Origin: Alphaproteobacteria bacterium
GTDB lineage: Bacteria; Pseudomonadota; Alphaproteobacteria; UBA2966
Direction: 5' to 3'
Assembly (NCBI GenBank): GCA_964291395.2
Contig: OZ219856.1
Span: 2,528,001-2,592,000 of the forward strand
Length of the DNA: 64,000 nucleotides
The notes beneath the pieces were generated by a model, which searched no databases, was not told where the DNA came from, and saw only the letters and a program-made list of their open reading frames with translations. Of the stretch, positions 38,707 to 48,941 are shown piece by piece. Position numbers and translations under genes: made by a program. Every line of letters begins with the position of its first letter. The stretch's first letter is position 1.

Positions 38707-38870
38707 TTAGGATTCGGAGTTCTCGAGCGGCGCGGCCATTGGGTTGAGCGCTCGTCCAACGAGAGCGTCATCGAAGGTCCTTACGCGGGCGACCAACGAC
38801 GCGATGGCGTCCGCATCGAGATTGTCCCGGATCACGACAACGCCCGGTTCCCGTTCCAGCCTGGATTTCG
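38707..38870 (-). pseudogene. Possible PhyH-like dioxygenase N-terminal scrap
   Basis: LEREPGVVVIRDNLDADAIASL then premature stop. Confidence 0.3.
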
Positions 38871-38900
38871 GCGGTTTGCAGGACCGTCGTCCGACCCCCG

Positions 38901-40013
38901 TCAAGCGGACTCCTCGGCACCGAGCCGCGCGGCAACCCATCGGTGGAAGGCGTGGCTCGGCGTGTCCATGACCGGGGAAAAGCAGCCGCCGTCGAAAGCG
39001 GGCGATTGCCGCCCCCGTTGCATTCGCTCGACGATGTCAACATCCTCCCGGAAGACCTCTTCCCAGCGAGCACGCAACCGGCTGCGCGCTTCGGCATAGG
39101 CGGGGTCGGCAGCCGCCTCTTCCAGGCACCATAACCGCGCTTCCTCCACCGTCAGATCCGGGGCGGCCGGGTCGATGCGCATGGCGAAGAAATGGTCCGT
39201 ATGCGCGCCGAGAAGCAGATTGGGATAGAGAGCCACATATTCGGCAAGCGTGCGGTCGGCCGCACCGGGCAGCTCGCCCCGGACCGCATAGTGGCTCGAC
39301 CCCTGGCCGGAAAAGGCCGTATCGACGATCGGGTAATGATCGGCGAGGGAAGAGATACGGTTGAGACCCGAATGCACCCAGGGGAGGTGATAAGCCTCGC
39401 AATAGTTCTCGACCGCAAGTTTCCAGTTGGCATTGAGCCGGAAGCGGATCGGCTCCGCGTCCGCCGGCCGATAGTGGGCGAGCGGGAAATCTCGCCACCG
39501 CCGCTGCAGCGGCGCCAGCCACTCCGCCAGGCCCGGCGCGCCGCCGTGGAGATCGACGAAGACCATGTCCAGCCAGACATCCGTGCGCACCGGGATCAAG
39601 CCGCGGTCGCTCTTGCGGAAGCCCGGCGCCTGATGGCGGCCGACGCCCCCGATATGCGGCGTGGCGCGCAACCGTCCGTTCAGGTCATAGGCCCAGCCAT
39701 GGTAGGGACAACGTACGGCTCTCATCCCGCGCGCCGGCTTCTCCAGAAGCCGGACGCCGCGATGGCGGCAGACATTGTGGAAGCAGCGGATGTTGCCGTC
39801 GGCTGTCCGCACGAGTAGCAGCGCCGTGCCCATCGCTTCCACCGGCAGCAGATCGCCGGGGGCCGCAATATCGCTTGCGAAGGCAAGGCAGAACCAGTCC
39901 CGTCCGAAGATGCGCCGACGCTCTTCGTCGAATGCTGAGGACTCCGTGTAGTAGCGGCCCGGCAGGCCGCTCGCGGCTTCGATCGGCCGTAGAACGCTTG
40001 CAAGTTCGTTCAT
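38901..40013 (-). CDS. Rieske oxygenase alpha subunit (choline monooxygenase-like)
   Basis: NVCRHRG..CPYHGW, NWKLAVENYCEAYHLPWVH, EDVDIVERMQRG. Confidence 0.92.
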   Translation of the reverse strand: MNELASVLRPIEAASGLPGRYYTESSAFDEERRRIFGRDWFCLAFASDIAAPGDLLPVEAMGTALLLVRTADGNIRCFHNVCRHRGVRLLEKPARGMRAVRCPYHGWAYDLNGRLRATPHIGGVGRHQAPGFRKSDRGLIPVRTDVWLDMVFVDLHGGAPGLAEWLAPLQRRWRDFPLAHYRPADAEPIRFRLNANWKLAVENYCEAYHLPWVHSGLNRISSLADHYPIVDTAFSGQGSSHYAVRGELPGAADRTLAEYVALYPNLLLGAHTDHFFAMRIDPAAPDLTVEEARLWCLEEAAADPAYAEARSRLRARWEEVFREDVDIVERMQRGRQSPAFDGGCFSPVMDTPSHAFHRWVAARLGAEESA

Positions 40014-40413
40014 CGTATGGCGTCCCGTCGGGATCGGAAGGCACCCAGTCTGCAGTACGCCGTCCCGGACCAACTTGCGTGGATGCGACCTCGAACCGAA
40101 GCAAATGCGACGACGACCGTTATCGCGTGATTGGACTTGCCCCCGTCCGCGCCGGCAAATGCACACGGCACGGCTTGCAGGACGCCGCAGTCATCGACGA
40201 GGGCCCGAGTGCCTGCGGGCTCCGCTTGCCAGAGGCGGCGGGCGGCTCTTCGACGGTCACCTTTGCGTCTTGCCGCTGGTCAGCTTCTCGGACACCATGA
40301 TCAAGTTGACATGACGACTGTCGGCTTGGCTTTCGGACCAGCGATGAAGGCTCGGACGGCATGTCGAGAGTGTCCATCGACATTCGGGGTGCACACGATG
40401 GAGGAGACGAAAG

Positions 40414-41595
40414 ATGAGACGTTCTCTACTGGCTTCGGTGGGGTTGGCTATGGTGGCGTCGGCCGCGCATGCCGACATGAAGGTGGGCGTGCTAATGGGC
40501 TTTACCGGGCCGATCGAATCCCTTGTACCCAACATCGTGGCGGCGGCGGAATTGGCCATGAAGGAAGCAACGGAGTCCGGCAAGTTCCTCGGCGGCAAGC
40601 AGGTCATTCCCGTGCGGGGCGATTCCACCTGCGTCGACGCCGCGGCGGCCCAGGCGGCAGCGGAGCGCCTGATCACCTCGGACAGGGTTGCGGCGATCAT
40701 GGGCGCCGACTGCTCGGGCGTCAGCATCGCGGTGGCCAACAACGTGGCGGTGCCCAACGGCGTCGTCATGGTGTCGCCCACGGCCACGTCACCGGCGATC
40801 ACCACGTTGAATGACAGGGGCTATTTCTTCCGCACCTGTCCGTCCGATGCGCGACAGGGAGAGGTGCTGGCGAAGGTGGTTACGGCACGCGGCATCGAGG
40901 AGATCGCCGTCACCTACACCAACAACGACTACGGCAAGGGGCTGGCGGATTCGTTCTCCAACGCCTTCGAAGCGGCCGGCGGCCAGATCGTGCTGTCCGC
41001 GGCGCATGAGGACGGCAAGGCCGATTACGCCGCCGAGGTCGGCGCGCTTGCCGCGACCGGCGCGAAGCATCTGGCGGTGTTCGGCTATATCGACAAGGGC
41101 GGCAAGGGGATCATCCAGGCGTCCCTCGATGCCGGGGCGTTCGACAGGTTCATTCTCGCCGACGGCATGGTGGGCGAGTCCCTGATCGAGGCCATCGGCG
41201 AGACGCTCGACGGCTCCGTCGCCACCGCGCCGGGTTCGGATTCCCCGAACGCCATGAAGTTCCGGGACGCCGCCGCGAAGGCGGGCCTCAAGGGGGACGC
41301 GCCGTTTGCCGGGGAGGGCTACGACGCGGCGGCGCTGATCGTACTGGCCGCGCAGGCGGCGGGTACTACGGACCGGGCGGCGATCCAATCGAAGATCCTG
41401 GAGGTCGCCAACGCGCCTGGCGAGAAGATCGGCCCGACCGAGTTGGCCAAGGGGCTGAAGCTGCTCGCCGACGGCAAGGCGATCGACTACCAGGGGGCGA
41501 CGGATGTCGAGCTGACCGCCGAGGGCGACGCTTCGAGCCCCTACAAGGAGTACGAGGTCCGGGAGGGCAAGTTCACCGTAGTCAGAATACATTGA
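40414..41595 (+). CDS. Branched-chain amino acid-type ABC substrate-binding protein
   Basis: Signal peptide, GFTGP, SPTATSP, FFRTCPSDARQG, NNDYGKG. Confidence 0.92.
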   Translation: MRRSLLASVGLAMVASAAHADMKVGVLMGFTGPIESLVPNIVAAAELAMKEATESGKFLGGKQVIPVRGDSTCVDAAAAQAAAERLITSDRVAAIMGADCSGVSIAVANNVAVPNGVVMVSPTATSPAITTLNDRGYFFRTCPSDARQGEVLAKVVTARGIEEIAVTYTNNDYGKGLADSFSNAFEAAGGQIVLSAAHEDGKADYAAEVGALAATGAKHLAVFGYIDKGGKGIIQASLDAGAFDRFILADGMVGESLIEAIGETLDGSVATAPGSDSPNAMKFRDAAAKAGLKGDAPFAGEGYDAAALIVLAAQAAGTTDRAAIQSKILEVANAPGEKIGPTELAKGLKLLADGKAIDYQGATDVELTAEGDASSPYKEYEVREGKFTVVRIH

Positions 41596-41691
41596 ACCAG
41601 TACCGGAACGGGAGTTCGCCCGGCGCGGTCCGTCAGGTCAATTCTCCGGTCTCTTGCAGAATGTACGATGCACCGGAGGAAAGGTACCCTC

Positions 41692-42483
41692 ATGATCCGC
41701 GTGGTTGACCTGCATAAGCACTTCGGCGGTGTTCGGGCCGTCGACGGGGTCGACCTCGAAATCGCGGAGGGTGCGATCACGGGCCTGATTGGACCCAACG
41801 GCGCCGGCAAGACCACCTTGTTCAACGTCATCGCCGGGGTCTATCCGCCGACTTCCGGACGCGTCTATCTCGACGACGGGGACATCACCGGGATGCGGCC
41901 CCATCAACTGTTCCGCAGGGGCGTGACGCGGACATTCCAGATCGCGCAGGAATTCACGACGCTGACCGTCCTGGAGAACCTGATGTCAGCTACTGGCGAT
42001 CAGACCGGTGAAAGCCTCATTGGCGCTTGGCTGAGGCCGGGACGGGTGTGCGCCGAGGAAGCGGCCATCCGGCGCAGAGCCGAAGAGGTGATCGAGTTCC
42101 TGGACCTCTCAGACGTCGCTCAGGAACCGGCCGGCAACCTTTCAGGCGGTCAAAAGAAGCTGGTCGAGCTGGCCCGCGTGATGATGACCGAGGCGCGGGT
42201 GATCCTGCTCGACGAGATCGGGGCCGGGGTCAACCGCACGCTTCTGCGATCTATTTCGGGGGCGGTTCTTCGGCTCAATATCGAGCATGGCTACACGTTC
42301 TGCTTGATCGAGCACGACATGGATCTGGTGTCGCTGCTCTGCGACCCCGTGATCGTCATGGCGGAGGGGAAAGTGCTCACCCAAGGACCCGCCCCCGACG
42401 TCCGGTCCGACGAGCGGGTCATTGAAGCCTATCTCGGCGCCAGGTCGAAGAACGGCCAGAGTCCGGCGGCCGACCGCGCATGA
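41692..42483 (+). CDS. ABC ATP-binding protein (LivG-like)
   Basis: GPNGAGKTT, RTFQ, LSGGQ, LLDE, IEHDM. Confidence 0.93.
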   Translation: MIRVVDLHKHFGGVRAVDGVDLEIAEGAITGLIGPNGAGKTTLFNVIAGVYPPTSGRVYLDDGDITGMRPHQLFRRGVTRTFQIAQEFTTLTVLENLMSATGDQTGESLIGAWLRPGRVCAEEAAIRRRAEEVIEFLDLSDVAQEPAGNLSGGQKKLVELARVMMTEARVILLDEIGAGVNRTLLRSISGAVLRLNIEHGYTFCLIEHDMDLVSLLCDPVIVMAEGKVLTQGPAPDVRSDERVIEAYLGARSKNGQSPAADRA

Positions 42484-43184
42484 GCTATCTGATCGGGGAG
42501 AACATGCATGGCGGCTATGGCGGCGCCGATGTATTGCGCGGCTGCACCATTTCCGTCGACAAGGGCGAAATCGCCGTGATCGTGGGGCCCAACGGGGCCG
42601 GCAAATCGACAGCGATGATGGCGTTGTTCGGCATGGTGCGGCTGCGCCACGGCGAGGTGCGCTTGGGCGCGCGCGCTATCACCGGCCTGAAGCCGCAGGA
42701 CCGTGTGAGGAGGGGGATGGCCTTCGTGCCGCAAACCGGCAACATATTCACGACCCTGACGGTCCGGGAAAATCTGGAGATGGGCGCCTTCCTGCGCCCA
42801 GACGACATCTCCGGCGGCATGGAGCGGGTCTTTGGCTTGTTTCCCGTTCTGAAGCAGAAACAGCGCCAGCCGGCGGGTGAGCTGTCGGGCGGGCAGCGCC
42901 AACAGGTCGCGATCGGACGCGCGCTGATGACCCAGCCGGACGTCCTGATGCTCGACGAGCCGACCGCCGGCGTGTCGCCGATTGTCATGGACGAGTTGTT
43001 CGACCGGATCCTCCAAATACGGCAGGCCGGCACCGCCATCCTGATGGTGGAGCAAAACGCCCGCCAGGCGCTTGCCGTCGCGGATCGTGGCTTCGTCATG
43101 GTGACGGGTGAGAACCGGTTCACGGACAGCGGACAAGCCATCCTGGCCAACCCCGAAGTGCGGCGCTCGTTCCTCGGCGGGTAA
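42480..43184 (+). CDS. ABC ATP-binding protein (LivF-like)
   Basis: GPNGAGKST, LSGGQRQ, LDEPTAG, VEQNA. Confidence 0.93.
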   Translation: MSYLIGENMHGGYGGADVLRGCTISVDKGEIAVIVGPNGAGKSTAMMALFGMVRLRHGEVRLGARAITGLKPQDRVRRGMAFVPQTGNIFTTLTVRENLEMGAFLRPDDISGGMERVFGLFPVLKQKQRQPAGELSGGQRQQVAIGRALMTQPDVLMLDEPTAGVSPIVMDELFDRILQIRQAGTAILMVEQNARQALAVADRGFVMVTGENRFTDSGQAILANPEVRRSFLGG

Positions 43185-43190
43185 CCGGCG

Positions 43191-44207
43191 ATGCTGGTTG
43201 ATCTCGTCAACGCGCTGGTCCTGCTGGCGAACTTCGTCGTCGTGCCGGCCATCGCCTACGGCTCGCAAATCGCCTTGGGCGCGCTCGGGGTCACGCTGGT
43301 GTACGGCATACTGCGTTTCGCCAACTTCTCCCACGGCGACCTCATGGCTTTCGGCACGATGGTGGTGATCCTGGCGACCTGGCAGTTGCAATCCCGGGGC
43401 GTCGGTCTGGGCCCGCTACCGACGGCATTGCTGGCTCTGCCGGCCGGCGTGGCCGCGACGATCATCGTCAGCCTGGCGGCGGACAGAACGGTGTTCCGGT
43501 TCTACCGCCTCAAGCGGAGCGCGCCGATGGTGATGTCGATCGCCTCGGTGGGAGTAATGTTCGTGCTGAACGGCGTGGTCCGCATCATCATCGGCCCCGA
43601 CGATCGGTCCTTCTCCGACGGTGCGCGCTATCTGATAAACGCGCGGGAATTCAGAAATCTCACCGGCCTCGAAGAGGGTTTGTCCGTCCGCGTATCCCAG
43701 GTCTTGACGGTCGCCGTGGCCGTCGTGGCGGTATCGGCACTATTCTGGTTCCTGCAACGCACGCGTGCCGGCAAGGCGATGCGCGCCTATTCCGACAACG
43801 AGGACTTGGCACTGCTCTCGGGTGTCGAGCCCGACCGGGTGGTGCGGACGACCTGGATCATCGCCGCCTCGCTTGCGGCGACCGCAGGCACGCTCTACGG
43901 GCTCGACAAGAGCTTCCAGCCGTTTACCTACCTGCAACTTCTGCTTCCCATGTTCGCCGCCGCGATCGTGGGTGGCATCGGCCAACCCCTCGGCGCGATC
44001 GCGGGAGGTTTTCTGATCGCCTTTTCCGAAATCGCACTCACCTACCCCTACAGGAAATTCCTGCGTTACCTGCTGCCCGAGGAACTGCATCCCGACGGCC
44101 TGGCCCAGCTTCTGTCTACCGACTACAAGCTTTCCGTTTCTTTCGTCATTCTGGTGGTGGTTCTTCTCTGGAGACCTACCGGCCTGTTTCGAGGGCGGGT
44201 CGCGTGA
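43191..44207 (+). CDS. ABC permease (LivH-like)
   Basis: GVTLVYGILRFANFSHG, GKAMRA, RPTGLF. Confidence 0.92.
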   Translation: MLVDLVNALVLLANFVVVPAIAYGSQIALGALGVTLVYGILRFANFSHGDLMAFGTMVVILATWQLQSRGVGLGPLPTALLALPAGVAATIIVSLAADRTVFRFYRLKRSAPMVMSIASVGVMFVLNGVVRIIIGPDDRSFSDGARYLINAREFRNLTGLEEGLSVRVSQVLTVAVAVVAVSALFWFLQRTRAGKAMRAYSDNEDLALLSGVEPDRVVRTTWIIAASLAATAGTLYGLDKSFQPFTYLQLLLPMFAAAIVGGIGQPLGAIAGGFLIAFSEIALTYPYRKFLRYLLPEELHPDGLAQLLSTDYKLSVSFVILVVVLLWRPTGLFRGRVA

Positions 44208-45568
44208 GCGGGCGGGCGCGCGCCGCCGCCGGCTTCGCCGTCGTCGCAGCGTCGCTGCTGATGGTTGGCCTTGGCCAGTCCTGGGCAGTCAGTCTGGCGG
44301 TGCTCAACCTCTGCCTGATCTCGGCCGTGATGGCGCTCGGCGTCAACATACAGTGGGGTTATGCCGGCCTGTTCAATGTCGGGACCATGGCCTTCGCCGC
44401 GCTTGGCGGTTTGGCGGCGGTACTGGTTTCGCAGCCGCCGGTGCCCGCGGCCCTGGCTGCAGGCGGCGCCAAACTGCTGTTGGCGATTGCGGTAACGTGC
44501 CTGACGCTTGGGCTTGTCTGGGTCGCCTGCCGGAGGTTGCCGCGCGGCAGGCTCCGCGCGTTCGGAGTGACGGCCGTGGCGGTGGCCGGATATTTCGCGA
44601 TCCGCACCTTCTTCGATCCCGCCGTCAAGGCCATCGAAGCGGTCAATCCAGCCGCCAGCGGCTATCTCGGAGGGCTGGGTCTCCCCATCATATTGTCCTG
44701 GGCGGTCGGGGGCCTGTTCGCGGCCGGTGCCGCCTATGTGATCGGTCGAATAGCGCTCGGCCTGCGCGCAGACTATTTCGCCATCGCCACGCTGGGCATT
44801 TCCGAAATCGTGATCGCCGTGCTGAAGAACGAGGACTGGCTTGCCCGCGGCGTGAAGAACGTGACCGGTCTCGACCGGCCCGTACCGTACGAGATCGATC
44901 TGCAGCACGCGGCATGGTTTCAGGAACTGGTGCGGTCGTTGAACGTCAGCACGCTGTCCGCCCTGCCCGAAGCCGAACATGCCGCGATGCTGCGTGAACT
45001 CGTGATCGAGGCAGCCGGTATCTTCGTCAAGCTCTGCTACGCGGGGCTGTTCACCCTTGTCCTTCTCGTAATCCTGCTGCTCAGCGAGCGAGCGCTCCGT
45101 TCACCGTGGGGGCGAATGATGCGGGCAATTCGGGACAACGAAACGGCGGCCGAGGCACTGGGTAAAGACGTATTCCACCGACACATGCAGGTCTTCGTCA
45201 TCGGCTCGGCGGTCGTGGGCGTGGCGGGCGCCATGCTCGTCACACTCGACGGACAGTTCACGCCCAATAGTTACAATCCGTTGCGGTTCACCTTTCTGAT
45301 CTGGGTGATGGTGATCGTCGGCGGCTCAGGCAACAACCTGGGCGCCGTACTCGGCGGCTTCATCGTGTGGCTGAGTTGGATCGAGGCCGAGCCGCTCAGC
45401 TTATGGGTGATAGAGGTCCTGACGTCGGCGATGACGCCTGATGATCCGGTGCGCATGCATCTGGTCGAAGCGGCGGCCCACGTAAGACAGATACTGATGG
45501 GGTTGATCCTGCTTCTGGTGATGCGTTTCAGTCCGCGTGGCGTGGTGCCCGAAACCGTTCGATATTGA
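44204..45568 (+). CDS. ABC permease (LivM-like)
   Basis: NIQWGYAGLFNVG, LRADYFAIATLG, SPWGRMMRAIRDNE, GGSGNN. Confidence 0.92.
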   Translation: MSGRARAAAGFAVVAASLLMVGLGQSWAVSLAVLNLCLISAVMALGVNIQWGYAGLFNVGTMAFAALGGLAAVLVSQPPVPAALAAGGAKLLLAIAVTCLTLGLVWVACRRLPRGRLRAFGVTAVAVAGYFAIRTFFDPAVKAIEAVNPAASGYLGGLGLPIILSWAVGGLFAAGAAYVIGRIALGLRADYFAIATLGISEIVIAVLKNEDWLARGVKNVTGLDRPVPYEIDLQHAAWFQELVRSLNVSTLSALPEAEHAAMLRELVIEAAGIFVKLCYAGLFTLVLLVILLLSERALRSPWGRMMRAIRDNETAAEALGKDVFHRHMQVFVIGSAVVGVAGAMLVTLDGQFTPNSYNPLRFTFLIWVMVIVGGSGNNLGAVLGGFIVWLSWIEAEPLSLWVIEVLTSAMTPDDPVRMHLVEAAAHVRQILMGLILLLVMRFSPRGVVPETVRY

Positions 45569-45610
45569 CGGACTTGCGGAGCTCTCCTTCGCCCATTCCA
45601 GTGCACCGCC

Positions 45611-46159
45611 CTACCCGCAGTGGATGAAGAACAACGCCCACGGCCACATGATCTCCTCCTCCTCCGTGGCAGGCCGGTCTCCCGGCGGGTCGAAGACCAG
45701 CCACAGCGGGCCTCTCCCGCCGATGTCGTGCGGCCGGCCGTCGGCCTTCGTCGCCAGCACCCAATCCCGCGTCTCGACTTCCGACGCCGATATCTCGGTA
45801 CTGAAACCGTCGAGGGCCAACGTAGCGAGCGGCCCGCCCCGGCAGCCAGCAGCCTTCAGCACGTCCGTGAGGCGCGGACCGGAGAAAGTTATCAGGCCGT
45901 CCCAATCCTTGTACTCGATACCTACCTCCGTGATACCGAGACCTTCCAGCATGGCGCGGTCGAATACGAACGCCCTGTCGAACGCGCGTTCGTGATACGC
46001 GAGGAAGACATCGCGCTTCTCGTCATAGGCCGGCCGGTTGGCATTCGCCACGTTGCCCGCGACCGTCAACACCACCGGACCGGCCGGTGCTTCGGCACCG
46101 GAGGCAGAGGCGGTTGCGACGAACGAAATCGTCAAGACGACGGCGATGAACCTTTCCAT
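45611..46159 (-). CDS. Secreted protein, molybdopterin-oxidoreductase-binding-like fold
   Basis: Signal peptide; VVLTVAG, FSGPRL, ALDGF, GGRGPLWLV. Confidence 0.7.
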   Translation of the reverse strand: MERFIAVVLTISFVATASASGAEAPAGPVVLTVAGNVANANRPAYDEKRDVFLAYHERAFDRAFVFDRAMLEGLGITEVGIEYKDWDGLITFSGPRLTDVLKAAGCRGGPLATLALDGFSTEISASEVETRDWVLATKADGRPHDIGGRGPLWLVFDPPGDRPATEEEEIMWPWALFFIHCG

Positions 46160-46328
46160 GGAATACCTCTTTCGGAATCTTGGAGAGCTTTTGCGGACCG
46201 CCGGCGGAATCTGCCCGCCTCCGACAGTCTATCCCCGGCGCCGACGCGCGTCAGGACGTCTCTAGGTTCAATACCGGCACTACCGTGTAGTTGAAGTCCC
46301 GCGGTTCAGCGACGACGACAACGATAAT

Positions 46329-46378
46329 ATAAAACTACCTTATGTGAACGAGAGGAAATCAGTATTAGTTTTTATGAT
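46329..46378. promoter_or_regulatory. LysR/OxyR-type T-N11-A boxes
   Basis: ATAA-N7-TTAT (46329-43) and ATTA-N7-TGAT (46364-78) in an AT-rich patch upstream of the LysR gene. Confidence 0.5.
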
Positions 46379-46458
46379 CCGCCCATGCCAGAATCCGACA
46401 CTCTGGAACCGGAGCGGGGTTTTCCCCGTCACGGCGTTCACGCGGAAAGGGAGGAGAC

Positions 46459-47406
46459 TTGCCTGTCACCCTGCGTCAGCTGCGTTATTTTCAAGCACTG
46501 GTAGAACACGGCTCGTTCAGCCGCGCGGCCGAGAGCGTTCACGTCTCACAGCCCGCGCTCTCCCTCCAGATCCGCGAGCTCGAGGCTGCTCTCGGCGGAA
46601 CGCTGGTGGAGCGCGAAGGCCGCAACAACGTTCTCACGCCGTTCGGCAGGGAGGCACATCAACAGACACTGAGGATCCTGGACGAGACGCTTGTCCTGGA
46701 AACGATGGGAAAACGTTTCGAGGCGGGCTCTGTGCGGGTCACCGTCGGGATCGTCTCTACACTCGCGCCATATCTGCTGCCGGGTCTCCTGGAGCGGCTG
46801 CAAGCGTCGACACCCCGTGTCCAGCTCGATGCAGTGGAAGATCTGGGTCAGCATCTGGTTTCGGCCCTTCTCGCCGGCCATCTCGATGCGGCGATCGTCT
46901 CCCTTCCGCTGGGTCTGATGGAGCTCCCCGAGCGGGAGCTTTTCGACGACCGATTCGTGCTCGCTGCCCGTGCTGCGAGGCTTGGTGGAATCCGCGCGCT
47001 CGGAGACACCGTGCGTCCGACGGATCTGGCGCGGGCCGACATCGGGCCGCTTCTCACGCTCGGGGACGACCATTGCTTGGGCAACCAGGTTCTGGGGGCC
47101 TGCTCGATGTGGCGCCTGCAGGAAGTTCACCGCGGCACCGAATCACTGGCCACCCTCTCGCGGCTCGTGGCGAGCGGCGCCGGCCTGACTCTTCTTCCTG
47201 AAACGGCGGCTCTTTGTGAACTCGCGGCTTCTCCGGGCCTGAGTTTTCTCCGTTTCGCCGAACCCGAACCTTCGCGGCGGATCGGTCTCGCTCACCGCAT
47301 CACATCTCACGGTCAGCGCTGGATCGATCTCCTCGCCGAGGCCACGGCCGGTGCAGGCCAAGAGCTCACGTCCCGAGCCCGGGAGGCGATCAGCGGACGT
47401 AGTTGA
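46459..47406 (+). CDS. LysR regulator, OxyR-like
   Basis: TLRQLRYF..SFSRAA..VSQPALS HTH; LGDDHCLGNQVLGAC retains the OxyR Cys pair (C-X8-C); TTG start. Confidence 0.85.
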   Translation: MPVTLRQLRYFQALVEHGSFSRAAESVHVSQPALSLQIRELEAALGGTLVEREGRNNVLTPFGREAHQQTLRILDETLVLETMGKRFEAGSVRVTVGIVSTLAPYLLPGLLERLQASTPRVQLDAVEDLGQHLVSALLAGHLDAAIVSLPLGLMELPERELFDDRFVLAARAARLGGIRALGDTVRPTDLARADIGPLLTLGDDHCLGNQVLGACSMWRLQEVHRGTESLATLSRLVASGAGLTLLPETAALCELAASPGLSFLRFAEPEPSRRIGLAHRITSHGQRWIDLLAEATAGAGQELTSRAREAISGRS

Positions 47407-47418
47407 CGAGCGGTGCCG

Positions 47419-48615
47419 CTAATTGGACACGTCTTCGACTCCCTCCCGGGTTTCGGCGAGCACCAGATCGACCACGTGCCGCAATGCCTCTTCCGAGGTA
47501 TCCCCTTCCAGGCGGCGTAGGCGGTACAGGTCGAGCTGGCGGTCCGCGCCGGCTCCCTCCCGGATGATGGTCAGCGCATGGCGCATTTCGGCCTCGCAAT
47601 CCAGCGCGCGGGCGTCGGGCGCGAGTTCGTCGACGAGCTCGGCGGTGTGGTCGTGGATGTCCACCCGTCCACCACCGGACGTCCTGTCGCCTAGGAAAGC
47701 GAAGACGCCGTAGCGCTGGGCCAACCAGCGGTCCTCCGCGATGAGTTCGGTGAGGGGTCCGGGCGGTGGCGTGCCCTCCAGGTCCCGGCGCATCAGCCAC
47801 CGGACGAGGGACGCATAGAGCGCCACGATGCTCACCGCTTCCTCGAGGCGCGTGCAGATGTCGCAGATCCGCATCTCCACCGTCGGATATGCGTGGGAAG
47901 GGCGGATGTCCCACCACAGTTCGCTGCCGTTCTCGATGAAATTCATTCTCTGGTATTCGGCGACGAGCCGGTCGTACTCCGCCCGAGACCCCAGCGGGCC
48001 GGGCATGCCCGTGCGCGGGAGATTACCCATGATCGTCAACCGGTAGGACTTGAACCCGGTCTCGTGCCCGGCATTGAACGGCGACGAGGTGGACAGCGCA
48101 TGGAGCAACGGCAAGTAACGCCGGATCGCCGTCATGACGCGTATGCGGGTGTCCCCATCGCCGAAACCGGCATGGATGTGCATGCCGCCGACGACGGCGC
48201 GGCGCACGGCCTCCTGGTACGTGGCCGCGAACCGCGCGTAACGGTCCCGCGGCGTGGGACTCTGATCCCTCCAAATCGCGAAGGGATGGGTGGAGGCGGC
48301 CATCACGGCGGCGCCGTGCCGTTCGGCCGCCTCGATGACGATCCGCCGGGTCTCTTGCAGCGCCGTGCGCACTTCGGCCACCGACCCGCATACCCGGGTA
48401 TTCGTCTCGATCTGGGAGCGCAGGAACTCCCGCACGACCTTGTGCGGCCCGCGGTTCTCGTCGCAGGTCTTGAAGATACCCGGATCGGGGTCGGCGAGAA
48501 GGTCGCGGGAATCGGGATCGACGAGAAAGAACTCCTCCTCGATCCCGAGCGTGATCGAGAGGTCTCCCTTGCCCGCGGCAGCGGTCACGTTTACAGGCGA
48601 AGGTCCATCACTCAT
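47419..48615 (-). CDS. Carboxylate-amine ligase (YbdK/GCS2 family)
   Basis: LGIEEEFFLVD, QIETNT, ASTHPF, GMHIH, SSPF, WWDIRP, EMRICD. Confidence 0.92.
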   Translation of the reverse strand: MSDGPSPVNVTAAAGKGDLSITLGIEEEFFLVDPDSRDLLADPDPGIFKTCDENRGPHKVVREFLRSQIETNTRVCGSVAEVRTALQETRRIVIEAAERHGAAVMAASTHPFAIWRDQSPTPRDRYARFAATYQEAVRRAVVGGMHIHAGFGDGDTRIRVMTAIRRYLPLLHALSTSSPFNAGHETGFKSYRLTIMGNLPRTGMPGPLGSRAEYDRLVAEYQRMNFIENGSELWWDIRPSHAYPTVEMRICDICTRLEEAVSIVALYASLVRWLMRRDLEGTPPPGPLTELIAEDRWLAQRYGVFAFLGDRTSGGGRVDIHDHTAELVDELAPDARALDCEAEMRHALTIIREGAGADRQLDLYRLRRLEGDTSEEALRHVVDLVLAETREGVEDVSN

Positions 48616-48941
48616 AGCCGCCCAAACCTCACACCCCGGATGGCGGGGAGTTCGCCCTCGTCACACGGTTGGCTCTCAGTCGGCAATGGTGATCGGACAT
48701 TCAAAGTCCCCGTCAAACCCGGAGCCTGAATCATATCGCAGCAGCACCGGGATACGACAACATTACTCCCCGATCAATGGGTCCCGAGCCCAGGCTGCGC
48801 CACCGAGGCCCGTGTGTGCGGTTTGACTCGGGACGATGGGATGCGGCCATCGCGACGCCGGAGGATGCAAACCAACGCGCCGGCGGCCGTCGTAAAATCG
48901 GACACCACGACGATGTTCCGCGATGGAAACGAAGTTCGGGT

